Shown here one piece after another: positions 25,018 through 36,600 of a stretch of 64,000 nt of DNA. Every line of letters starts with the position of its first letter. The stretch's first letter is position 1. The stretch comes from Okamejei kenojei (Eukaryota). The notes beneath the pieces were generated by a model. That model was not told where the DNA came from. It saw only the letters and a list, made by a program, of their open reading frames with translations, and did not search any database. The position numbers were made by a program, and so were the translations under genes. The stretch is from contig CM069163.1 of NCBI GenBank assembly GCA_035221665.1, forward strand, positions 16,864,001 through 16,928,000, in the 5' to 3' direction.

Positions 25018-25988
25018 TTAGGTTAAGGTTTATTGTTGTCATGTGTACCGAGGTACTGTGAAAAGCTTTGTTTTGCATGTTATCAAAACAGTTCAGATAC
25101 AGCATACATAAATACAATTAAGTTAAACTCAAGTACAATAGATTGAGCAAAGAGTAAGATGCAAAGCGAGGAATATAGTATCTCAGCATTGTAGCGCATC
25201 TGTTCTGTAGACAAAGTCCAATGTCCTCAATAGAGTAGAAATAAGTCAGACGGTACCCGAGCTTATCAAAAGACTGTCCAGAAGCCTGAGGGGAAGAAGC
25301 TGTTCCTGAAATTGGTGGTGCACACTTTCAAGCTTCTGCATCTGCTGTCGGATGGGAGCTGGGAGAAGAAGGAATGACTGGGGTGGGATGTCTTTGATTA
25401 TGTTGGCTGCTTTTCCAAGGCAGTGTGAAGTGTAGATAGAATCAGTGTCAGGTCTGTGTGATTGACTGGGCTACACCTACAATTCTCTGCAATTTCTTGT
25501 GGACTTGGGCAGAGCTGTTTCCAAACCAAGCTGTGACGCAAGCCAACCGTATGAAGACAGACCAAATTCCCTCAGTCCCTTCAGGAACGTAGAGGCATTG
25601 ATGTGCCTTCTTGGCTGTTGCATCAATGTGATTGGTCTATGAAGATCACGGATGATATTAACAACAAGGAACTTGAAGTGCTCGACCAATTCCACTTCTG
25701 TACTATTGATGCTGATTTGGGCATGTACTCTACCATGTTTCCTGAAGCCGATTACTTACTCCTTCATCTTGCTGACATTGAGGGAGAGGCTATTGTCTTG
25801 ACACCATGTCACGAATCTCTATGTCCTTCCTGTACTCTGTCTTCTCATTGTTTGTGAATCGGCCCACCACAGTGGTATCATGCATAAACTTGCAGATGGA
25901 GTTCGAGCTGAATTTGGCTGTACAATCGTGACTGTGCAGGGAGTATAGTAGGGGACTGACAACGCATCCTCCTTTAGTACCTGCGACC
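25018..25988 (-). mobile_element. Rex1/Babar LINE, ~1 kb 3' fragment with decayed RT
   Basis: GCVVSPLLYSLHSHDCTAKFSSNSICKFMHDTTVVG (decayed KFADDTT) and VEHFKFLVVNI. Tail cctcggtacacatgacaacaataaacc. Confidence 0.88.
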
Positions 25989-26051
25989 TGGTGGATAATA
26001 TCCCCACTCAAGCAATCTTCACCATGGTCTTCACTCACTCCGTTTACAAAA

Positions 26052-26240
26052 TCAAAATACTGCAGGTGCTGGAAGAAAAACAGAAAATGCCACAAATACT
26101 CAAGTGGGGTCAGGCCACACCAGCAGAGAGAAACAAAGTCAGTGTTTGGATCAATGATCAAAGGTCTTCAATTGAAACAACACTCTTTCACTTTTTACAG
26201 GTGCTGCCATATCCTCTGAGTATTCCCAATACTTACTGTT
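26052..26240. mobile_element. Degenerate palindromic PLE-arm element
   Basis: ctgcaggtgctggaa...aaatactcaagtggggtcagg... followed by the inverted ...caggtgctgcc...ctgagtattccca. Confidence 0.5.
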
Positions 26241-26423
26241 CCTCTGATCGTCCAAATTCCATTTATTCGTACTGAACCATCTGTTCTACCCGCCCTGGAG
26301 GAAGAAAGACCTGAGGCAAGGAATAATCACAATGCCTTGACCTTAAGTTGGTAGCTGGTGGAGTTGCACTACCCTACGTCAGTGTGACATCTCAGGGAGC
26401 TGCTGACTCTGATTTCAGTGTAA

Positions 26424-27025
26424 AGGGGCTGTCCCACTGCGGCGACCTAATCTGCGAGTTTAGAAGAGTTTGCCCTTGACTCAAACTTGCAGCATGGTCG
26501 ACACGTGGTCCTAGGAGGTTCTAAGAGGTAAATGAAACTCTCCATGCTCGAGGGAAGTTCCTGAATACTCGTGGCCTCAGTTTGGTCAAGGAAAATTTTT
26601 CAGCGTGTTGAAAAAATTTCCGCGAGTAAAAATTGGTCAGCATGCTTCTTTTGAACTCGTTGTGCAGTGGAGTGAGGTCGTTATGTAGTTATAGGCAGTC
26701 GAGGGCAGCCATAGGCAATCGCCTTCGCCGACCGGGCATTTTAATTGGCTCATTGGAGTTTTCAGGACCAAGGAAAACCGACCTGTAATGTAAAGTGCCC
26801 GCTAAACTTTATTATAAGTTGGCTGGCTACTTAAAAGTGTCTCCACTCCTTCTCCCCCCTTCTCTCCTCTGCTCATCCCTTCTCTTCCCTCCTCTCCCCC
26901 CCTCCCCCTCTCCGTGCTCCCTAAAGGATTTACCGTACACTGTGCATCTGTCTTTTACCTTCCTGTTCATCGCGGGTGTAATTTCAGACAGCGCTCCCCC
27001 GCTTTCTCTGACCCCCGCCTTTGCG

Positions 27026-27079
<54 letters not shown>

Positions 27080-27204
27080 ACAGTCGATCCGGCTCGCGGT
27101 TTCATCGCTGACGGTCGATCCAGCTCGAGGTGTTTCAGGCGAGTGCCCTCGAGCTTGAAGGTCGAAGCCAGTCGCTGAAAGGTCGCATCAGTGGGACAGG
27201 CCCT
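26424..27204. mobile_element. PIF/Harbinger-type MITE, 781 bp
   Basis: TIR AGGGGCTGTCCCACTG / CAGTGGGACAGGCCCT with TAA on both sides (26421-26423, 27205-27207). Contains (TG)n; no transposase. Confidence 0.92.
27027..27076. repeat. (TG)n microsatellite
   Basis: About 25 perfect TG units inside the MITE. Confidence 0.97.
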
Positions 27205-27329
27205 TAAGGCACCTCTCATCCAAACCAACAGCATTGACAACAGAAACTGTTGTCCCAGACTCCACAACAATTTAGGTTGCCAGTGATGATTCTTTTCCTC
27301 AGCATTTCTTTAATCTATTTTTTATCAGC

Positions 27330-28280
27330 ATTTCTTTAATCTATTTTTTAATCTATATATTGATGATCTGTCTAAACAATTGAAAGCCTGTAACACTGGG
27401 TGCGTGATTGGTAATATTTTAGTGAACCATATTATGTATGCAGATGATCTTGTGGTCTTTAGTCCATCTAGCGCTGGTCTCCAGCAGCTCCTTACTGCAT
27501 GTTCCGTGTATGGTTTGGAACATGACATTAAATATAATGCTAGTAAGAGTGCTGTTATGGTCTTTGGAAGCAAAGAGGATAAAAGCCTAAAATATCCGGA
27601 TTTTAAATTGTCTGACAACAATCTTAGTGTCTGTAATAAGATAAAATATCTAGGGCATATTATTACAGAACAAATGACAGATGATGAGGATATTTATAGA
27701 CAACGATGCATGCTGTATATACAGGCGAATATCCTATAAATTTGGTGCGTGTGCAGATGTGGTGAAGATGTCGCTATTTAGAGCATACTGCACACCCCTC
27801 CACACTGCGCACCTGTGGTCGAATTATTTAAAGACAAGTATGCAGAGACTAAAGGTTGCATATAACAATGCCATGAGAACACTGCTAAGGCAACCAAGAT
27901 GGTGTAGTGCCAGTAATATGTTTGTGGCTGCAGGAGTCAGTACTTTAGAAGCTATCCTAAGACACCACATGTATAAATTCATTTGCAGGATAAATGACTC
28001 TAAAAATGTGCTTATTGTGGCCTTGACAAATATAAGGGTTAGCACTACACGCTACGAATCCCAGTTGTGGAGACACTGGTATCGTTGTCTCGTTGTACGA
28101 CATTGATCATTTTTTACTCTGGATTTTTAACTTAAGTATTGTGGGTTTTTTTTTAAATATATAAATTATGATGCTTTTATGTGATTTACTATGATTTTAT
28201 ATATATTTATGATATTTGATATGCAATGCATTTTTTAATGTAATGTTGCCCCTTGTCTGGACCTTGAGTCCGTAATAAAG

Positions 28281-28354
<74 letters not shown>
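27330..28354 (+). mobile_element. RTE-X-like non-LTR retrotransposon, 5'-truncated (RT core to 3' tail)
   Basis: YIDDLS..LKACNTGCVIGNILVNHIMYADDLVVFSPSSAGLQQLL...KYLGHII; after one frameshift near 27737, KFGACADVVKMSLFRAYCTPL. AT-rich UTR, AATAAA, then a (TTA)n tail. Confidence 0.85.
28284..28353. repeat. (TTA)n microsatellite (LINE tail)
   Basis: About 23 TTA units immediately after AATAAAGTTG. Confidence 0.97.
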
Positions 28355-28435
28355 TACAATATAATTACTCTTCCTGCACTTCTGTTCTGCTTTTGGTAAA
28401 ATATAACAATTTTTTCCAGTGGAATTCATGTTTGC

Positions 28436-29070
28436 TCCGTAACAAGAGGATTTCAGTATAGGTGTAGAGAGGTTCTTCTGCAGCTGTATAGGGCTCTGGT
28501 GAGACCACATCTGGAGTATTGCGTACAGTTTTGGTCTCCTAATTTGAGGAAGGACATCCTTGTGATTGAGGCAGTGCAGCGTAGGTTCACAAGATTGATC
28601 CCTGGGATGGCGGGACTGTCATATGAGGAAAGATTGAAAAGACTAGGCTTGTATTCACTGGAGTTTAGAAGAATGAGGGGGGATCTTATAGAAACATATA
28701 CAATTATAAAAGGACTGGACAAGCTAGACGCAGGAAAAATGTTCCCAATGTTGGGCAAGTCCAGAACCAGGGGCCACAGTCTTAGAATAAAGGGGAGGCC
28801 ATTTAAGACTGAGGTGAGAAAAAACGTTTTCACCCAGAGACTTGTGAATTTGTGGAATTCCCTGCCACAGAAGGCAGTGGAGGCCAAAACATTGGATGGA
28901 TTTAAGAGAGAGTTATATAGAGCTCTAGGGGCTAGTGGAATCAAGGGATATGGGGAGAAGGCAGGCACGGGTTATTGATTGGGGACGATCAGCCATGATC
29001 ACAATGGATGGCGGTGCCGGCTCGAAGGGCTGAATGGCCTCCTCCTGCACCTATTTTCTATGTTTCTATG
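28436..29070 (+). mobile_element. Young CR1 LINE, 5'-truncated, uninterrupted ORF2 C-terminus
   Basis: VLLQLYRALVRPHLEYCVQFWSPNLRKDI...RRMRGDLIETY...SRTRGHSLRIKG...VNLWNSLP, stop at 28978. Tail ctattttctatgtttctatg. Confidence 0.96.
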
Positions 29071-29084
29071 CTCCCTTGAGGTTG

Positions 29085-29515
29085 TTCTATCATAAGCGGC
29101 TAAATAGATTAGATCTATATTCTTGGTGTTGCAAAGAAAAAGGGATGATCTTGTTGAAACATAAACTGATTCTGAGATGGACTCAATCGGGTTGATGTCC
29201 AGATGTTTCTACTATTGGGAGAATCTCAAATGAGGATTAATCGTTAAAAGATTATGAGGGGCGCAATTTCAAACTGAACCTCACAGATGTGGATGAATGT
29301 CCAGAATTCTCCATCCTGGAGAGTTATGGAGGCATGGTCATTGGAGGTCATTAAATAAGAACTAAGTAAATTGTTGAAAGATCAGGGAGCCGAGGGTCTT
29401 GGGAAACTGGCTGAGAGGAGGAGGTGAAGCCTGAGACAGATCAGACATTGTTGTATTGAATAGTGGGGCAGGCTAGATGGGCTGAGTGGCCTACTCCTGC
29501 TCTGTTCTTATGTTC
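29085..29515 (+). mobile_element. Old CR1 3' fragment
   Basis: gatcttgttgaaacataaa, ccagaattctccatcctgg; tail gggctgagtggcctactcctgctctgttcttatgtt. Confidence 0.7.
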
Positions 29516-29569
29516 CCACAGCTCCACCCCTCTCATTGTGTAGCTCTAGCTCAGAGCTGTCCTCTGACA

Positions 29570-29885
29570 CCCCAACAGTCACGTTTTTCCCAACTGACTT
29601 TAATCTGAGCCTCTGTGCTCTGCCAGATGACAAATCACTTTTCTTTTCAATAATTTGCAAGTGCGTTTCTCGAAGTAACCTTTCTCACACTGTCGAGTCT
29701 GCAATTCTAAATACAAGTCTGTCTCTGACTCCTCCTTCCGGTGTAATTGTGTGAGACTCGCACCCTTCAGAGAGTTTGGCAGCATTGTGCTATATGGGTC
29801 ATATGACTCACCAGCCTTCTCTTCAACTGGGGAAGGTGCTTCAACAGTTGGCAATGCTGACAGACTTTCCTAGGCACAGATACTA
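29570..29885 (-). mobile_element. Ty3/Gypsy LTR-retrotransposon gag relic
   Basis: Minus strand: EEKAGESYDPYSTML, then after a frameshift TITPEGGVRDRLVFRIADSTV*ERLLRETHL. This matches the Gypsy gag pattern Q..GES...Y...L...RDRLVFGI.D..VRERLLRE..L. Confidence 0.72.
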
Positions 29886-29914
29886 TTGTGTTCTTATTCC
29901 CCACTTCAGTTGAG

Positions 29915-30385
29915 AGTATTCACAGAATATAGAACAGTATAGCACAGGAACAGGCCCTTCAGCCCACATTTTGTGCTGAACATTTTGTGCTAAACTAATC
30001 TCCACATGATCCGTATCCTTCCATTCCCTGCATATCCGTGTGCTATCTAAAAACCTCCAAAATGCCTCTATCAAATCATCCCCCACCTCCACCCTAGCAG
30101 CATGTTGTAGGTACCCACCACTCCCTGTGTAAAAAAAAACTTACACCTTACGCCTTAAATCTATGCCCTCCAGTATTTGACATTTCCACCCTGGCAAAAA
30201 GGTTCTGAATGAAAACCCTATCATTGCTTCTCATCATTGTATATACTTCTAACAGGTCTCCCCCCAACCTCTTACATTGTAGAGAAAACAATTCAAGTCT
30301 GGATAACCTCTCCTTATAGCTGTTACCATCTGATCCAAGCAGCGTTCAGGTAAACATCTTCCGCACACTCTCCAAATCCATCCAA
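29915..30385 (-). mobile_element. CR1/HER1 LINE 3' fragment
   Basis: Tail agaatatagaacagtatagcacaggaacaggcccttcagccca; minus strand ggttgggggagacctgttagaagtatatacaatgatgagaagc is a decayed RLRGDLIEVY region. Confidence 0.8.
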
Positions 30386-30659
30386 GTGCAACAAATGTGC
30401 TTGCACCCCTATTGCGATGAGAAATGCTGTTGCCGGGACTAATCCTGTCTCATCACCACTGCAAGGCTTTGCCACGATCACTCTCATATTTTCCACATTC
30501 CCATTGTGTACGCTTGCATGTCTGTGATGGTGCTAAAGCATTTCTTGAAGCGTTTCTTGAAGCGATAAATTTTGAAATGGTCAGCATGGAGGAATTGTGC
30601 CGAAGGGCATGTTTCTGTGCTGTATGACTCTATTTGCATGTGATGATAGTGATGAATGA

Positions 30660-30942
30660 GAGGACAGTGATGTGGCTATAGAGTCACTGCTCCAGCAACC
30701 CTGGTACTATCCTAACCTCCAATGCTGATGTGTTAAAACTCCCTGAGACTGTACGTTTCCATCTCTCATGCTCCAGTTTGCCACCACATTCCAAGGATAA
30801 GTAAATCTCCTCTTGTGCAGATGGGTGGAAGAATCTTTAGGGCATTGAAGGGAAATGGGAAAATCAAAATGGGACGTGTAAATAGTGGTTGCCGGTCAGT
30901 GTGGACTTGGTGGGCCAAAGAGTCTGATTCCATGCCTATGAC
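30660..30942 (+). mobile_element. Old V-SINE (HE1-related), degenerate
   Basis: tccagtttgccaccacattccaagga (V-domain remnant); tail ggacttggtgggccaaagagtctgattccatgcc. Confidence 0.6.
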
Positions 30943-33427
30943 AATCATTCTGAGACAGCATTGTCTGAACACAGCCAGTGCACAAAGGTACACCGAAATA
31001 ACTCGAGAGTTGTTTTAAACGATCATCTTACACCTGCTACCAACTTGTATATCTTGTCTCCTTCATCAATGAACATACTCAAGATTTATGACAGAGATTA
31101 ACTTTTACTTAAAGTCATTTAAAACAACACCAAAAATAAACAGGGCTGCCCATTTTTTTTCTCTCTCACAGAGAACTCTCAGGACCAGACCCAATCAGGT
31201 GAACTCAGTGACCACTGGGACAATTATTTTCACACCATGAATTACTCTGTGCTGGTGTTTGTGCAGAGAATATGTCCATGCGGAGTGGTCAAAAAACACA
31301 CATGCTTCCGTCGAGTAGATTCTGGTTGAGGAAACACTGAAAGGTTGTGCACGCAGACCTATTTGTACTTGAGGTTGAAGTAAGAACATTTGCGCATTGT
31401 CAGCAAACAAATCAAACTGAAGCTGTGCCCGAGGGTTCTTTAGTTTCGTTTAGTTTCTTGTCACATGTACCAAGGTACAGTGAAAAGCTTTTTTATTGTG
31501 TGCTGTCCAGTCAGCCGTAAAACTAGACATGATTCCGATCAAGCCGGCCACAGTGTACAGATACGTGTTGAACATCTCCCAACCTCTCCCTGGTTCTTCT
31601 CTCCCACAGGCTCTCTGTTCAGTGTGGTATCATCACGTATTGCAGATTCAGCCTTAATGCTGCTGGTGGGCCTCCTCTCGTTGACCTTCCAGGGTTCAGA
31701 ATGAAGTTTGTTTTCCTGGTGGCTGGAGAGAATAATGTTTTCTTAGGCCTGTGAGTATTATGGACACATCCTATGTGATATAGTGATAAAAGGTGGACAT
31801 GGCTTGTTACTTTAGATGAATTGTCCTTGACGACTAGTACATGCCCTTGGAGCTGACAAATTAAGCTGAGAAATTGATTTGGAGGAAGGAAGGTGTTTGG
31901 CGAGCTGCCCTTTGCAGTCCTGAGTTTTGCTGACAGCCAGGTGCTGAGGGATTAAGACATTGATAGATAAGGACCAGGGAAAATCAGACGGGGCTTAATA
32001 TGGCCATACAACCTGATGAAAACTTGCTTGCAGCATTGTATCTGTATCTCATGCTACTTGTGCACATGACAATAAGCTGAACTGGACTTGATTTGAAGAA
32101 GTTGTTGTCCAGTCTGCAGTATAACAACAGTAAAACCGTAACTTTCACTTTCATCATTTCATCACTGCCTGGTGTAAATATTATAGAATGGAAGCATACA
32201 ATGATCGCAGAAGCTGTGGAGGGAGTATGAAGTAAGCCTGACAGGATATGTTCTGCGTGTTAGTGCTTGGATACAGAAATCCAGAAGTTGCCTCCTGTAG
32301 TTCATTATTAGCCAGCAGCTGTACTCCAACATTGAGCACAGCACTTCAATGTAATTCAATGTGGGAGTAAAAACTTGCTAATTATGCACCATTTACAGAG
32401 GGAAATTGCCCCAAGATCCTGCTGCAATCCTTCTCAATGATTTTAGAAGGTCAAGGAACTCCAGTAGGAAGCTATTAATTAAAAATAAACTTCCATTATA
32501 TGTTAAAAGGGCTTTAAAATCTTTCAGAGGCATTTTAATAACTCTTTATTGGTGTGTTAATATAGAATTTTAAGTTGTTCTGTTTCTGATATTTATTTTT
32601 TAAGTCATAGAAGTTTGTTGAAAGTTTTTCTCATCCTGTGAATGTTTTTGAATGTCCCAGAAGCATTCAGATTGTTTTTTAAATGATTAAAGGGCTTAAC
32701 AACTCCGACTGAGTGCTGAACCTGTGAAAATTTTTGTTCTGATTTAGTTGGTGCAGTGGAAGATTAAGACTTATTGAGATCCCAAATGAACAGAGCATTG
32801 GAGACCATAACGTCCTATTGAAAACACTGGGGCTTGCTCTGGGAGGCTACTCCATTTAACAGATCTCGGGATGGGCGCAGGTGCAATGGACCAAACTACC
32901 TTCTACAACTGGCGTGTTGGCTCTCTACATAAAACATGGGAATGGAAATCCCACCAAGACAGCTGGGGTGGTTTAATTAAATAAATCTGGAATTGAAGAA
33001 TTGGCCTGCACAATACTAGTCATTAGCCATAAAATAAAGGTTCACTGCTGTGCTTCAGGAGAGGGAATCTGCCGTCTTGATTCCTTGCAGCCTCCTCAGA
33101 ACCGGAGCAACTATGGATGACAATAAATTCCAGCAGCATCCAAAACACGTCAACAATGAAAACAAAGTGGACATTGGATGAAGTGATAATAAATAAATAA
33201 ATGAGAGAGGAGAAATAAAATGTAATGTCAAATCAGCCTGTTACTGAAATCTGACGGCTTTTCTAAGAATCTCGCAGTCTCCATGGTGCGTGCTAATGGA
33301 TACACAGAGAGCTCCAGAGAAACACTCTGGAGTTAAAAGCTAAGTGAATTTTGTAACGCCATACATTTCTCCAAACACTTCCACTCCCCTTTGTAAGTTG
33401 GGCAAAATGTATCCTCTTTATAACAAA

Positions 33428-33584
33428 GAGACACAGGGAACACAGGGAAATCTTGAGTAGAACATAGTGCTGGAGGAACTCAGTGGGTCAGGCAGCATCT
33501 GTGGTGGGAATGGACAGACAACATTTCAGGTCGAGTCAGTGTGAAGAAGTGTCCGACCAAAATGTCATCTGTCCATTCCCTCCA
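33428..33584. mobile_element. Palindromic PLE-arm element (asymmetric)
   Basis: tggtgggaatggacagacaacattt (33502-33526) pairs with aaatgtcatctgtccattccctcca (33560-33584). Confidence 0.75.
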
Positions 33585-34524
33585 GTTTCTACTGCACCCC
33601 AATGTTATACAGCGACACACCCATTCCCAGCAGTACTATGCTCATGGTTTCATATAAAATCAAGTACAGAGTGCTCTGTTCAAAGGAATACAACTTAGCG
33701 GGAAAATAATTTTAAGAATTACCAGTCAAAATAAATAAACAAGAAAATGAGATTTATTTACATTTTATAACGATTTATAACAGCTGTATTTGCTACATAC
33801 AAAAGCAAGTGTATCACATTTACAGAATATTAGAGTAAACCAAGGCCCAGTGATTAAAAGTGACATCATCCCCAATAAACATCATGTGACAAGAACTTTG
33901 TCACTCGCCTATCTAGTGTCTGCTGTCTTCTAAAAATATACTGAATTACATTTAGCAGGTTAGCTAAGGAAGTGAATTAATAACATTTTACCAACAGCTT
34001 GCTCTAGATTTGGGAGAAAATTAGAAGGGTGATTTTCAGATTTTTTTTAAATTGCTGATTAAATAACCGGTTTTACCATCAATATCTCAAAGGAAGTGAA
34101 GCAAACGGTCCTAATCTTCATCACTTTTAGGCAATTACTGTTCTGACTGCCATATTTTTACATTTTTTAAATAAATTATGAGGCCTTACCATTGTCTTGA
34201 GGAGTTATTGAACTTTTCAACGTAAGTGAACAATGTTGTCAGTTGAAACAAGTAACATTAGTAATGCCCAGAATTAATAATGGTATTGACTGAAGGCATT
34301 GTATCGGAGTGCTACAGTGTGAACACGTCACATACTCTCCTTTGAGCATCGTGGTAAGATTATACATGTCACCCATTCTCCAATCTTCTTCAGTCATGTG
34401 CTCCCACTCGTGTACACTCTGACAATGACGAATGGAAAGGAGGGAAGACATCTAGTCCATGGTTTGATTCCAGTTTTGCGTACAAGCATTGAAAGCTACA
34501 CTTCTATGGCTTTTGTAGGAAAAC

Positions 34525-34800
34525 ATAACATTATAAAAAAATAGGAGTCACTTGACCCCTCGTGCCTGTCCCACCATTCAATGCGATCATGGCTGATCTG
34601 TCCCAGGCCTCATTTCTTTGGTGGCAGTTGCTCGGATCTTTCAGCAATTGATCTGCTTCCTCTTTAAAGACCCCCAATGGTCCAGCCTCCACAATCCTCG
34701 AAGGTAGAGAATTCCAGAGATTCGCCAATCTCTCTGAGAAGTTTCCTATGCAACTCAGTTTTAAATAACCAACCCCTTACACAGTAACTATGCCCCCTTG
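34525..34800 (-). mobile_element. CR1 LINE 3' end
   Basis: ORF 34531-34728 ANLWNSLPSRIVEAGPLGVFKEEADQLL. Confidence 0.8.
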
Positions 34801-35519
34801 TTTTGTATTGAGATAGCTCTGATGTGCAGCAATTGTCCCAATGGTGTGCTTGCTAAATTCATTCCTAACATTAGACAGCATGTACAAATAGCTCCAGATT
34901 TTGCAGATGATCCTACCCCTTGCTCAGTATTCAACTGCACTGGCTTCATGAAGAGGTCCTCCTTGAATGAATTTAATGCAATAATATTGTGTTGTACAGA
35001 TATAACAGACAAGTGCTAACTCTCAGTAATCAATCTTTACCCCCTCTGTGGAAACTTGTCCAGGAGAGGTCAAAAGAGGAAGTTGAAGGAGATGTAATTA
35101 CTGGATGCTCACAATTGTCTAGAGCAGCCTTGCTTAGGCACTTGGTGCCAAGCCAGCTCAGCAACCCTCAGCAGCGCATTTGATACAGGCCCTGGAGAGA
35201 GAGATATAAAACCAGTCAGAACCTGCAGAATGAAAATGTACAACTTAACAAAATCAAAATAAAATCAATTTCAATTGTGTGAGTAGAGTTGCAAAAAGTA
35301 TATGGAACATATCAAGAAATGTCTAATTATACTGGATACAGAAATGGCACCAACATAGCTGCAACTCTGGAGAACAGTGGACATTCTTCCATTATATCCA
35401 GATCATAGAAAAGTGTGACAAATCCAACTCCAGACAACCTCACAGCGACTCCTCCTTCTGCAGTTGACGGGGGTGGATGTGAGGGAGGAACTCCGAGAGG
35501 TGAAGAGGCAGCAAGATCC

Positions 35520-35945
35520 ACTCTTTGCCTCAGAATTCTCCAAGATCATCTTCTGATCCTGAGTCCACTCCATGGAGCAGGATGAGACGTGCCCATGCTT
35601 CTCTTTCCATAAGGTTCTGTGATCCACGACCTTAAGGAAGAGGACTGTTCGGTAATTTTCTCGCAGACGGACATATTGCTGTCTGTATGACAAAAAGGCC
35701 ACAGATAGCACAGCTTCTCAGAGCTTCCTGTTCTTTAACATGGAGGTCTTGGAAGACAGCAAGCAGGAGAGTCTAGACCAACCACTGACTAAAGAAGAGC
35801 TGACTCGCTCCATCCATTTCTTTGACTAGAATAAAACTCCCGGAAGCAAAGATTTACTGGCTGAGTTATACTCCTCTCCGTGGGATTGGGTGGGCCTGGA
35901 CCGGCTGGACATGTACACTGCTGTACTTCTGGCTGGCAGCATATC
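35520..35945 (+). mobile_element. L1/Tx1-clade LINE ORF2 fragment (linker before RT)
   Basis: From 35701: TDSTASQSFL...ESLDQPLTKEELTRSIHFFD*NKTPGSKDLLAELYSSPWDWVGLD, which fits the K(T/S)PG.DG...EFY motif. Confidence 0.8.
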
Positions 35946-36042
35946 CTGAATAAAGTTAATTATGGGGGGAATAAGAAAAAAGTTTGGTTTTGCTAAAATT
36001 ACTCAGCTCCAGACCTCATTAAAACCTCAGTCCAAATGGGAA

Positions 36043-36170
36043 TTGAAGAAGGGTCTCAACGCAAAATGTCACCTATTCCTTCGTTCCATAGATGCTGCCT
36101 CACCCGCTGAGTTCCTCCAGCATTTTTGTCAACCTTTGATTTTTCCAGCATCTGCAGTTCTTTCTTAAAC
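36043..36170 (+). mobile_element. PLE terminal arm
   Basis: ttgaagaagggtctcaacgcaaaatgtcacctattcc...gatgctgcctcacccgctgagttcctccagca...ccagcatctgcagttc. Confidence 0.8.
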
Positions 36171-36229
36171 ATTAAATAATTCCCAACAGAGGTGAGAGTG
36201 AGAGCTAACCTCGAATATTGCAATGTTGT

Positions 36230-36600
36230 GATCACCTTAGCTAAGGAAGGATATAGTCCAAAGGCGATTCACCAAGCTAATTCCTGGGATGAGAGTGTTG
36301 CCCTGACAAGAGAGGCTGATTGAGCAGTGTTCTTACTGAAACATATAAGATCCATAAGGGGCATGACAAGATGATGGTAAGAGTTTTCACATTGAAAAAG
36401 AGAGTGTCTCAAACAAGGGGTCATAGTTTTCAAGATAAGGAGCTAGTCATTTAAAAGCAAGATGTGTAGAGTAGTTTTCTCTCAGAGGTTGATGGATCCC
36501 AGGAGTTATCTGCCTCAGAGAGCTGTGGAGACTACCTCCATAGGAAGTGAATACATTGTAAAGATCAGGGGATTGAGACCTATGAAGATGGAGTTGGTGG
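36230..36600 (+). mobile_element. Old CR1 3' fragment
   Basis: aggcgattcaccaagctaattcctgggatgaga = RRFTKLIPGMR. Confidence 0.75.

Noticed and set aside
26795-27270. ORFs with CVCVCV / HTHTHT runs
   Set aside because: Translations of the (TG)n tract inside a MITE.
28235-28510. Poly-Asn ORF
   Set aside because: Translation of the (TTA)n LINE tail.
28453-28968. 171-aa minus-strand ORF
   Set aside because: Antisense shadow of the CR1 ORF2 fragment.
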